Below, piece by piece: positions 1 through 8,632 of a DNA stretch of 42,466 nt. The position numbers were made by a program, and so were the translations under genes. This DNA is from an uncultured Candidatus Saccharibacteria bacterium (GTDB taxonomy: Bacteria; Patescibacteriota; Minisyncoccia; Phycocordibacterales; JACOZG01): NCBI GenBank assembly GCA_964361825.1, contig CAYICB010000007.1, positions 1-42,466 on the forward strand, in the 5' to 3' direction. The notes beneath the pieces were generated by a model. That model worked only from the letters and a program-made list of their open reading frames with translations. It was not told where the DNA came from and did not search any database. Position 1 is the stretch's first letter; each line of letters begins with the position of its first letter.

Positions 1-20
1 CAACCATCACCAACTTAACG

Positions 21-3000
21 ATGATCAATGCCACCTCAACCAATGCCACTACCACTAACTTCGCTATCTCTGGTCTCGCCACGGCAGCTGGCACCTTCCT
101 TGCTATTAACCCCAATGGTCAAGTGATTGCGACTTCTACTCCCGCTGGTGCTGTTTCTTCGGTCTCGAATGCTAATGGCACCCTCACCATCAGTCCCACC
201 ACCGGTGCGGTAGTTGCTTCTCTCAATCTCGGCAATGCCAACTCTTGGACGGCTCTTCAATCTTTCGCCAATGCTTCTTCTACTCTTTTCTCTAATACCG
301 GCACGGCATATTTCGGCGGCACGGCCACTTCCACCTTCGACACGGCTGGCAACCTTAACCTCGCTTCAGGCGCCGCATATTCCATCAATGGCAGCAGTGT
401 GCTAAACGCTACAACCTTGGGTTCAGGTGTTACCGCTTCTTCACTTACTAGTGTCGGCGCTTTAACCTCTCTTCAACTTGATTCTGCCTCCACTGGCGTT
501 AATTTGGATACCGATGGTGATGGGATGCTTATTCTTCTCGGCACCTCTACGGGTAGTGACGAAGATTTACGAATCAATCTTGATGACACCTCCAATGTGG
601 TTGAGTTTACTTCATCCACTGGTGTAACCGAAGCCCGCTTTTCTAGCATCGGCCTTCTTTCCACTGCCTCATCAACGATTGGTGGCGGCACGGTAACCAC
701 TGGTCTTACGGTGAGTGGCACCGCTACTACCAGCCTTGATTTGGTAGTGCTTGGCCAAGATATTCAACTTGGTTCGACGGGCGTTAAGATGACCGATGAT
801 GGCGACGGCGCGATTACTTTCTTGGGTATTAGCACGGGCAGTGATGAAGATTTACGAATCAATCTCGACGACACATCCAATGTGATTACGATGGATTCTT
901 CGACTGCTGCCACCGCCCTGCAGTGGCTCGGTACCTCTGGCTCTGCCGCTTCGTTCCAAATTGGAGCCAATGGTGTAACATTATCTGATGACAATGATGG
1001 CGCCCTTACGATTACGGGAGCGGGGACTGGACAAGACGAGAACTTAATTCTCAACTTTGACGATGTTTCCAATAGCGTGGGGCTGTCTTCAGGTTCTGGC
1101 GTGACCGGGCTTGATTTTGGTTCTATTGGCGCCGACTTTGATTCTTCGACCGTCACGCTCTCTAGTTTATCGGGCACGATTGCCCACACCTTTACCGGTA
1201 ATACCACTGATGCCCACACTATTACGGCCTCGTCTCTCACTTCTGGTTCCGCCTTAGTTTTAACTGGCCCCTCTGGTACCGGCGTGGGCGTAACCGATGC
1301 TTTGATCAAAGTGAGCGGCAGTGTGTATGATGTGGGGACTTCGGGCGGTCTTATTTCGAGTAATGCTTTATTGGCGGCCGAAAATGGGACCCTTACTTCG
1401 AGTAATATTTATGCTTCATCCACTTCGGTCGTTAGTGGCCAAACTGGTTATGGTGTTTACAACAAGCTCAATTCGACCGTGGTCAACTCATCTCTTGGCC
1501 AAAATCTTTATGGGATGTATAACAATGTCACTAAAACCGGCGCTGATAGTAATGCCACCGCGGTGAATGTTTACGGTCTTTACAATACGGTTTCTAATAC
1601 TGGCTCGGGTGGCACGGGGGCTAAGAGTACTTACGGCGGCTATTTTACGGCCACTGGTGATACCGGAGCGGTCTCCACTGCTTATGGCGTGCGATCGGCC
1701 GCGGCGAGTGCTGATATCACCTACGGTGGACATTTTACTGCTTCTGGCAGTGGCACCATAAATTATGGCTTATACTCTACCGCTTCTGGTGCCACAGCAA
1801 ATTATGCTGGCTACTTTGATGCCGGAACGGTGTATGTGGCTAATGATTTACTGGTAGATACTGGTGAGTTGGGTGTGGGCTCCTCTACTCCTTATGCCAA
1901 ACTTTCGGTGACCAATACCGGTTCTATTCCCTCCTTTATTGTCGAAGATTCGACCTCACCAGACACTACGCCGTTTATTGTAACCGCAGCTGGTGATGTG
2001 GGTATTGGTACTACCACGCCATGGCGAACATTTTCCGTAAACGGCACCGTGAGTTTTGTGGGTTTGACTTCTAATACCGGCGCCGCCACTGCCTCTATTT
2101 GTTTGGGATCAACCAATGAAGTTACACGCAATACCCAAAATGAAACCTGCGTGGCTTCCTCGCAAAGATTTAAGCACAACATCGTCTCTTTGCCCCCCGG
2201 TTCTGGTTTAACTGACATTATGGATCTTCGGCCCGTCACTTTTGAATATAATGACGATGTGGGCATGCCGGGGGTGCGTTATGGTTTTATTGCTGAAGAG
2301 GTTCAGCAGATAGATGATCTTTTGGTTGGTTATGATGAGGATGGTTTAGTCCACAGCGTTCGTCATCTAAGTATTATTCCTTTGATGACACAGGCCATTC
2401 AAGAACTTAAAAACCAAGTTGATACCCTCCAGCTCTTGGTGGATGGTGGCGGGGTGGCGGGATTGAGTTTGAGTGCGCCGCTTCAGGTGAGTCAATTAAC
2501 CGTGGGCGAAATTATCGCTCTCGATGGAGAGAAAGTTACTTTCAATAACGATGTGGTGGTGCTTGGTCGGCCATACTTCAATGCCGATACCGGTGGTTTT
2601 GCCGAGATAAAGCAGGGTGATAGGGAGGTCGTCGTGACCTTTGATCAAGAATATGCGGCAGAGCCAGTGGTCAATGTTACTCTAGCCGCTGATGAGAATG
2701 ATGAAGAAGAAATTTTTGATGCCGATATTCGTTATTTGGTAATTGAGAAAGAGGTGACTGGCTTTACCATTAAGCTCAATCGTAATGCGCCAGAAGATCT
2801 AATGTTTAATTGGATTGCTTTGGCGATTAAGAACCCGCGCACGGTAAGTTCGGTGTCCGAGGTAATTGAGGGGTTGACTTTGCCAGACGATAACAATGAT
2901 AATAATGGTGGCGGTGGCGATAATTCCACACCAGAACCACCCGCCGAAGAACCACCAGTTGAGGAGCCAGAATTACCTCAGCCAGAGGCTGATCCCGTGC

Positions 3001-3143
3001 CCGACGATCCGGCAGGCGGGGCGCCTCCGGCGGAAGCCGAAGAACCACCACCGACAGAGGATCCGGCGCCCGAAGAGGAAGAACCGCCGCCGGCGGCCGA
3101 GGAGCCACCACCAGCAGATAATCCTACCGAAGAAACACCATGA
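21..3143 (+). CDS. Large Ser/Thr/Gly-rich surface or fibre-like protein with peptidase S74-type intramolecular chaperone domain and acidic Pro-rich tail; probably 5'-truncated by the window edge
   Basis: SSQRFKHNI...LRPVTFEYN...YGFIAEEV...IIPLMTQAIQEL resembles the S74 chaperone pattern; GDVGIGTTTP motif; frame is open upstream of 21. Confidence 0.7.
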   Translation: MINATSTNATTTNFAISGLATAAGTFLAINPNGQVIATSTPAGAVSSVSNANGTLTISPTTGAVVASLNLGNANSWTALQSFANASSTLFSNTGTAYFGGTATSTFDTAGNLNLASGAAYSINGSSVLNATTLGSGVTASSLTSVGALTSLQLDSASTGVNLDTDGDGMLILLGTSTGSDEDLRINLDDTSNVVEFTSSTGVTEARFSSIGLLSTASSTIGGGTVTTGLTVSGTATTSLDLVVLGQDIQLGSTGVKMTDDGDGAITFLGISTGSDEDLRINLDDTSNVITMDSSTAATALQWLGTSGSAASFQIGANGVTLSDDNDGALTITGAGTGQDENLILNFDDVSNSVGLSSGSGVTGLDFGSIGADFDSSTVTLSSLSGTIAHTFTGNTTDAHTITASSLTSGSALVLTGPSGTGVGVTDALIKVSGSVYDVGTSGGLISSNALLAAENGTLTSSNIYASSTSVVSGQTGYGVYNKLNSTVVNSSLGQNLYGMYNNVTKTGADSNATAVNVYGLYNTVSNTGSGGTGAKSTYGGYFTATGDTGAVSTAYGVRSAAASADITYGGHFTASGSGTINYGLYSTASGATANYAGYFDAGTVYVANDLLVDTGELGVGSSTPYAKLSVTNTGSIPSFIVEDSTSPDTTPFIVTAAGDVGIGTTTPWRTFSVNGTVSFVGLTSNTGAATASICLGSTNEVTRNTQNETCVASSQRFKHNIVSLPPGSGLTDIMDLRPVTFEYNDDVGMPGVRYGFIAEEVQQIDDLLVGYDEDGLVHSVRHLSIIPLMTQAIQELKNQVDTLQLLVDGGGVAGLSLSAPLQVSQLTVGEIIALDGEKVTFNNDVVVLGRPYFNADTGGFAEIKQGDREVVVTFDQEYAAEPVVNVTLAADENDEEEIFDADIRYLVIEKEVTGFTIKLNRNAPEDLMFNWIALAIKNPRTVSSVSEVIEGLTLPDDNNDNNGGGGDNSTPEPPAEEPPVEEPELPQPEADPVPDDPAGGAPPAEAEEPPPTEDPAPEEEEPPPAAEEPPPADNPTEETP
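500..1080 (+). repeat. Three internal ~30-aa repeats in the surface protein
   Basis: DGDGMLILLGTSTGSDEDLRINLDDTSNVV / DGDGAITFLGISTGSDEDLRINLDDTSNVI / DNDGALTITGAGTGQDENLILNFDDVSNSV; first two also share DNA (gaagatttacgaatcaatct). Confidence 0.8.
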
Positions 3144-3496
3144 ATAAAAAAATTGCTATCACTTTAATCATTCTTGTATTATTGGGGGCCACGGCTTATT
3201 TTTTGAGCAACCTGTTTCGGGTGGAGGTGGATTCTGACTCGGTAGTGGCGGCCAGTGAGGTGAAGGGGATCGTGGAGCGTGTGAGTAAAATTGCGGTCTT
3301 ACCAGAGGGAGAGAATCCGGTGGTGGCGACGGTTAATGATTTGCGACCATTGGCCGACAAACCATTTTTTAAAAATGCTCAAATTGGTTACAAACTCTTA
3401 ATTTATGAGCAGGCCGGTAGGGGGATTCTCTATGATCCCGCTAGAAACAAGGTGGTAGAAATGGCCACCATTAGCCTTGGCAATTTGCCAGAATAG
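3140..3496 (+). CDS. Hypothetical membrane-anchored protein
   Basis: N-terminal hydrophobic helix; ATGA overlap with upstream gene. Confidence 0.75.
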   Translation: MNKKIAITLIILVLLGATAYFLSNLFRVEVDSDSVVAASEVKGIVERVSKIAVLPEGENPVVATVNDLRPLADKPFFKNAQIGYKLLIYEQAGRGILYDPARNKVVEMATISLGNLPE

Positions 3497-3512
3497 GTTA
3501 AAATTATCGCCT

Positions 3513-3965
3513 ATGGAAACACAAATAAATAATGAGGTGGGGCAAAAGAAGGCGGGGATTTGGTGGATAATTCTATTATTAGTCATTGTGGTAGTAGCCG
3601 GTGGTTGGTGGTGGGTTAATGGCGGCTCCTTCTTGGGTGGAGCTTCGAGTAAGTATCAGGCCGTCTTTTTGAGTAATAATCAAGTGTATTTTGGTAAATT
3701 GAGTAATTCCAACTCTAATTACCCTAAGTTAACCGATATTTATTATTTGCAGGTGGCGCAACCGCTCCAGCCGAGTCAGCCAGCCAATAATATCAATTTA
3801 GTGAAGCTGGGTAATGAGCTCCATGGGCCGTCTGATGGGATGAAGATCAACCGCGACCATATTTTGTTTGTCGAAGACCTTAAAGCTGATTCGCAAGTGG
3901 TGCAAGCCATTGAGCAATATAAGAAGAACCAAGCCGCTCCTGCGACCCCCGCCCCAACGCAATAA
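3513..3965 (+). CDS. Hypothetical single-pass membrane protein (start likely ATG 3513)
   Basis: TM helix then YQAVFLSNNQVYFGKL...LVKLGNELHGP. Confidence 0.75.
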   Translation: METQINNEVGQKKAGIWWIILLLVIVVVAGGWWWVNGGSFLGGASSKYQAVFLSNNQVYFGKLSNSNSNYPKLTDIYYLQVAQPLQPSQPANNINLVKLGNELHGPSDGMKINRDHILFVEDLKADSQVVQAIEQYKKNQAAPATPAPTQ

Positions 3966-3968
3966 TTG

Positions 3969-4697
3969 ATGAATCTAAGAGAAGTTTTGCAAGAGAAATC
4001 GGCCGCCCATCCGAGCGTGATTGGTGAGATTTTGGCGAGTCCGGATATTCGCGACCAGTTTGTGCTTAAGCTTACTTACCATAGCAATAAGATTGAGGGC
4101 AGCACGCTTTCGGAACCAGAAACCGCGGCGATTATTTTCGACAATGTGGCTTTGCCCGATCGGACTTTGGTTGAGCAACTCGAAGCCAAGAATCATCAAA
4201 CAGCCTTACTGGCGATGTTTGATCGGGTGTCGAGCAAGGCGGCGATTGATGAAAAGTTTATTCTCAAGCTCCACGGGATCTTAATGAACGGCATTAGGCC
4301 TGATGCGGGCGTTTATCGCTCACATGCCGTGCGGATTGTGGGTGTGGATTTACCGACGGCAAATTATCTTAAAATTCCGGATTTAATGCCGGAACTTTTT
4401 GCAGAAATATCAGCTAAGGCCGAAGATATTATAAATTTGGCGGCCAAGATTCATGCTCGCTTTGAGCAAATTCATCCTTTTTCCGATGGTAATGGTCGCG
4501 TGGGGCGACTCTTGATGAACGCCATGTTTCTTGTGGCCAATCTTGCGCCAGCTATTATCCGGGCTGAAGAGAAGCGCCAATATTATGATCACTTGTATCA
4601 AGCCCAAACCAAAGAAGAGTTTACCCCGCTCGCCGATTTCTTTGCCACCAGTATTCTCGAAGGTTTCCAAATTTTGGACCGAACCGATCACCAATAA
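3969..4697 (+). CDS. Fic family AMP-transferase with N-terminal autoinhibitory motif (class II-like)
   Basis: HPFSDGNGRVGR catalytic motif; SNKIEG matches (S/T)xxxE(G/N). Confidence 0.92.
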   Translation: MNLREVLQEKSAAHPSVIGEILASPDIRDQFVLKLTYHSNKIEGSTLSEPETAAIIFDNVALPDRTLVEQLEAKNHQTALLAMFDRVSSKAAIDEKFILKLHGILMNGIRPDAGVYRSHAVRIVGVDLPTANYLKIPDLMPELFAEISAKAEDIINLAAKIHARFEQIHPFSDGNGRVGRLLMNAMFLVANLAPAIIRAEEKRQYYDHLYQAQTKEEFTPLADFFATSILEGFQILDRTDHQ

Positions 4698-4699
4698 AA

Positions 4700-4770
4700 T
4701 TGTTTGACATCGGATGTCACACAAAATAATTTGCAACACATTAGAACGATCGTTCTTATCTGTTGCAAAT
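4700..4770. repeat. Nested palindromes / inverted repeats
   Basis: tgacatc-g-gatgtca; atttgcaaca (4729-4738) / tgttgcaaat (4761-4770) enclosing the perfect palindrome agaacgatcgttct (4743-4756). Confidence 0.75.
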
Positions 4771-4790
4771 CATAATTTGGACAAAAAAAG

Positions 4791-4819
4791 AAAACCCCAA
4801 GCGAAAACTCGGGGTTTTT
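4791..4819 (+). terminator. Probable intrinsic terminator after fic
   Basis: aaaacccc...ggggttttt stem with flanking A and T runs. Confidence 0.6.
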
Positions 4820-4839
4820 GTTACAATTTACTGGTTAAG

Positions 4840-6153
4840 GTGATTAAAAATTTAACTCGTTTTTTGTTTTTGGCTCTTGGTTTAGTAATTTTTGCTGTGA
4901 GTTTGCCTTTGGTGGGCGCGCAGGAGTTTAGTTCTACTGATTTTAAAATTCTGGATCCGGTGTTGGCACCTTCGGGCTTTTCGAGCTCCACTGATTTTCA
5001 GTTATTTTCTAGTTTGGCCGAGCTGGCGATTGGCACGAGCACGGCGGCGAGTTTTAATCTCGGCGCCGGCTTCCTCTTTTTTCCGCAGGTGGATACACCG
5101 GCGGTTTCGGCCACGGCGGGGGTGCAAGAGGTGGCTCTCTCGTGGACGGCTTCCACGGGTTACCTTGGCTGGACAGTTTCTGGCTACGATGTGGGACAAG
5201 CCACGGTAAGTGGTGGCCCATACACTTACACCAGTCTTGGTAATGTTACAAGTAACACGCGCACGGGCCTCACCGCTAGTACCGCGTACTATTTTGTGAT
5301 TCGACCGCTCGACACCTTCGATAATGCCTTAGCGACTTCGACAGAAGTAACTGCCACGCCTACGGCACCAGCTGGCGGTGGCGGTGGCGGAGGTGGTGGT
5401 GGCGGTGGTGGGAGCAGTGATACGAGCGTAAAATTATCTGGGCGCGCTTATCCCTTGAGTCAAGTAACGGTGCTTAAAGATGGCCAAATCGCCATCACTA
5501 CCATTGCCGGTCCAGATGCTAAGTTCAGTGTAACTTTAACCAATCTTAATGCTGGGAGTTATATTTTTGCCGTTTATGGAGAAGATAATTCTGATCGGCG
5601 TTCGGGTCTTTTTACCTTTCCTCTCACTTTAACGAGCGGTGCTTCCACCGAGATTGGTGGGATTATTTTGGCCCCAACTATCGCGATTGATAAAACCGAA
5701 GTGCGGCGCGGCGATGACATTGCCATTTTTGGTCAAGCTCAAGCCACTTCTACCATTACGATTGCAGTAAATTCAGAGCCAGAATACTTTGCCACCACCA
5801 CGGCTGATGTGGATGGAGTTTATCTTTATAATTTTGATACTGCCATTTTAGCTTTGGGCGACCACTCCACTAAGGCTAAGTCGCGGGTGGGTAATGAGGT
5901 GAGCGCTTTTAGTCCTTCGCTCGCTTTTGCGGTGGGCGTCCAAAATGTGCCCACACCCGGCGCGGGTTGCCCGGCTCGCGCTGATCTTAATGATGATTGT
6001 CGCGTTAATTTGGTTGATTTTTCTATTGCGGCCTATTGGTATCACCGGCCCTTTTTGGCCGAGTTTGCGGTTAAGGAATTGGCCAAGCTCAATGGTGACG
6101 GGCAAATTAATTTGGTCGACTTTAGTATCATGGCTTATTATTGGACGGGCTAA
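4840..6153 (+). CDS. Secreted FN3/Ig-like protein with C-terminal dockerin-like duplicated EF-hand (start likely GTG 4840)
   Basis: Signal peptide; LSW...Y.V...TGLTASTAYYFVIR FN3 pattern; poly-Gly linker; DLNDDCRVNLVDFSI and LNGDGQINLVDFSI. Confidence 0.75.
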   Translation: MIKNLTRFLFLALGLVIFAVSLPLVGAQEFSSTDFKILDPVLAPSGFSSSTDFQLFSSLAELAIGTSTAASFNLGAGFLFFPQVDTPAVSATAGVQEVALSWTASTGYLGWTVSGYDVGQATVSGGPYTYTSLGNVTSNTRTGLTASTAYYFVIRPLDTFDNALATSTEVTATPTAPAGGGGGGGGGGGGGSSDTSVKLSGRAYPLSQVTVLKDGQIAITTIAGPDAKFSVTLTNLNAGSYIFAVYGEDNSDRRSGLFTFPLTLTSGASTEIGGIILAPTIAIDKTEVRRGDDIAIFGQAQATSTITIAVNSEPEYFATTTADVDGVYLYNFDTAILALGDHSTKAKSRVGNEVSAFSPSLAFAVGVQNVPTPGAGCPARADLNDDCRVNLVDFSIAAYWYHRPFLAEFAVKELAKLNGDGQINLVDFSIMAYYWTG

Positions 6154-6158
6154 ATTAC

Positions 6159-6944
6159 ATGGCGAAATTATATTTTATTGAAGAAGGGAGTCTGGTAAAG
6201 CTATTGATTGATTCTCCGGATCAGAAAATTAATTCTGTGGCGGGAGAAATTGAGCTTGCGGCTGGAGCCAAATTTGAGCAAGTTTTTGACGCCAACTCCC
6301 TCATTAGTTTTTGGGTTGATAAACCCCCACTCCGCCAAGGCTCCGCGGGGCAAAACAATAAAATAATTTTTTCGGGAATTATTCCCGGTGGTTATCAGGG
6401 TACTGGTGGGCAAATTTTAGCTTTGCAAATTAATTCCGTGATGCAAGGTTCGACCTCAAAAACCCAAAACCCAAGGTCGAACCTTAAAATTTCTAATCCC
6501 CAAGTTCTTCTCCACGATGGTCTCGGCACCGCGATTCAAGTCGAAACACCAGTTTTTAGCTTCATTCCTAGTGAAATCATGGAGCTAAATGACAATATCC
6601 CACCAGAAGTTTTTCGACCAGAAATTTCGACCGAGGCGAGTGTTTTTGCGGGGCAAAAGTTTTTGGTTTTCCAGACCCAAGATAAGCAAACTGGCATCGA
6701 TCATTACGAGGTAAAGGAGGGCTTGTGGGGCGAGTGGTTGCCAGCCGAGAGTCCGTATTTATTGCAGCAGCAAAAATTTTTTCTCAAGGTAGCGGTGCGG
6801 GCCGTAGATTTGGCCGGCAATGTGCAAGTAGCCACGAGGTTTTCCCCCACCGGCGTTTATCTTTCTTTGGCTCTTGGCGCTATAATTGTGGTAAGTCTGT
6901 GTCTATGGTTTTTCAAAAGAAAAAAGTCTATCTCGCCGTTTTAA
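6159..6944 (+). CDS. Cohesin-like domain protein with C-terminal TM anchor
   Basis: INSVAGEI...SLISFWV..P...IIFSGIIPGGYQG pattern shared with the next gene; C-terminal TM plus basic tail. Confidence 0.6.
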   Translation: MAKLYFIEEGSLVKLLIDSPDQKINSVAGEIELAAGAKFEQVFDANSLISFWVDKPPLRQGSAGQNNKIIFSGIIPGGYQGTGGQILALQINSVMQGSTSKTQNPRSNLKISNPQVLLHDGLGTAIQVETPVFSFIPSEIMELNDNIPPEVFRPEISTEASVFAGQKFLVFQTQDKQTGIDHYEVKEGLWGEWLPAESPYLLQQQKFFLKVAVRAVDLAGNVQVATRFSPTGVYLSLALGAIIVVSLCLWFFKRKKSISPF

Positions 6945-8623
6945 TTAGCTTCGGTTTCTTTTTGCCGGCGCCGCTTTTGGCTGCGGTTTTATCTGTTTCG
7001 CCTAGCGCTAGTACTTACACCGTTGGTCAAACCTTTGTTGCTTCCATTCGGGTGTCGAGCGCTGACCGCGCGCTTAATGCGATTGCTGGTACCGCCACTT
7101 TCCCTGCCGATAAATTGGAGGTTTTGAGTGTTAATAAAACTGGCTCAATCTTGAATTATTGGATCACCGAGCCGGCGGCCACAGCGGGTCAAATTAAGTT
7201 TGAGGGCGTGGTGCCCAATCCGGGTTTTATTGGCGCCTCGGGCGCGGTGTTAAACATTACTTTTCGCGCTCGGGCCGCGGGCGAGGCGCCGGTGACTTTT
7301 TCTACCGGTTCGGTGTTGGCCAATGATGGTTTGGGCACCGAGATTTTAACCGGGATGTTGCCGGCCACTTTTGCCATTAGGCCGGCGGTGGTAGCGCCAC
7401 CACCCGATCTCTCGGCCACGCCGGCGGCTGACTTTGCGCCGCCAGCGCCTGAGGTTACCTCCACCACGCACCCCGACCCCGCGAGTTGGTATAGCCACAA
7501 TGATCCCACTTTTGCGTGGAAGCTCGGCCCCAGCATTGATGCCGTTAATATTTTGGCCGATAAAAATGCCACCTCTAATCCCGGCACCAACTCTGATGGT
7601 TTACTAAAAACTTATCAATACGACGATGTGGCCGATGGTGAATGGTTTTTCCACATCCGTTTGCGCAATAGCGAGGGTTGGGGCGGAATTACGCATTTCG
7701 GTTTCAAAGTTGATACCACCAAACCGGAATCATTGACCCTTAAGCTCTTGCCCCGCACTGACCCTAGTGATCCGCGACTGGCCGTGGAGGTGCTGGCGAG
7801 CGATCGTTTATCGGGAATTGATTATTATGAGTTTAGTCTCGATAATGAGACGCCAATTACTTGGCGGGATGATGGCACGCAGCAGTATCGGTTGGTGGCG
7901 GCTTCGGGCGAGCACACGCTTTTGGTTAAGGTTTATGATAAGGCGGGTAATTATTTGGCCGAATCACTTAAGTTTGATGTAGATACTTTGGATCCGCCAC
8001 GCCTCACTGATTATCCCAAAGAGGTTGTTGTTGGTGAGGCACTCGCCGTGGGCGGAGAGACTTACCCCGAGGTTACCGTTAATCTGACTTTAGAGAGTGA
8101 AGGTGGGGAGAAAATTACTTTTAGTACCCGGAGTAATCGGTTGGGTAAATTTATCGCTACGGCTGACCGCAAACTTAAAGAAGGAATTTATAACTTGTCG
8201 GCTTATGTTACCGATGATCGTGGGGCGCAAAGCGCGGCGTCATCGGCAATTGCTATTCCGGTAGTTTTGCCCCACTTTTTGAAATTTGGCTTAAATACGA
8301 TTAATGCTTTGGCGGTTTTTGTGCCGATTTTGGCCATGCTTTTGCTGATTATCTTTTTGGTGATTTATAGTTGGCACAAGGTTTCGGGTTTGCGGCGACG
8401 AGTAAAGAAACAGAGCCGCGAGGCGGAAGAGGCGGTGCGGCGCGCTTTTGACCTGCTCCATGGTGAGGTGGTAGATGGGGTGATGCGCTTGGAGACGGCG
8501 CGGGATAAACGAGAACTTACCAGAGAAGAAAAATCAATGTTACGGCAATTCAGAAAGATTCTCACTGATGCCGAAAAGTATCTAGAAAAAGAAATTATGG
8601 ACATCGAGAAGGAGGTAGAATAG
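6905..8623 (+). CDS. Secreted cohesin-like plus Ig-like domain protein with C-terminal TM (start likely ATG 6905)
   Basis: Signal peptide; LNAIAGTATFPADKLEV...IKFEGVVPNPGF...VLANDGLGT; TATAAT at 6881. Confidence 0.65.
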   Translation: MVFQKKKVYLAVLISFGFFLPAPLLAAVLSVSPSASTYTVGQTFVASIRVSSADRALNAIAGTATFPADKLEVLSVNKTGSILNYWITEPAATAGQIKFEGVVPNPGFIGASGAVLNITFRARAAGEAPVTFSTGSVLANDGLGTEILTGMLPATFAIRPAVVAPPPDLSATPAADFAPPAPEVTSTTHPDPASWYSHNDPTFAWKLGPSIDAVNILADKNATSNPGTNSDGLLKTYQYDDVADGEWFFHIRLRNSEGWGGITHFGFKVDTTKPESLTLKLLPRTDPSDPRLAVEVLASDRLSGIDYYEFSLDNETPITWRDDGTQQYRLVAASGEHTLLVKVYDKAGNYLAESLKFDVDTLDPPRLTDYPKEVVVGEALAVGGETYPEVTVNLTLESEGGEKITFSTRSNRLGKFIATADRKLKEGIYNLSAYVTDDRGAQSAASSAIAIPVVLPHFLKFGLNTINALAVFVPILAMLLLIIFLVIYSWHKVSGLRRRVKKQSREAEEAVRRAFDLLHGEVVDGVMRLETARDKRELTREEKSMLRQFRKILTDAEKYLEKEIMDIEKEVE

Positions 8624-8632
8624 AGTTAGGCG

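Noticed and set aside
36-3111. Multiple antisense and alternate-frame ORFs over the large surface gene (and similar ones throughout the window)
   Set aside because: Shadow ORFs of biased codon usage overlapping well-supported genes
5371-5412. GGY triplet repeat
   Set aside because: Encodes an ordinary poly-Gly linker
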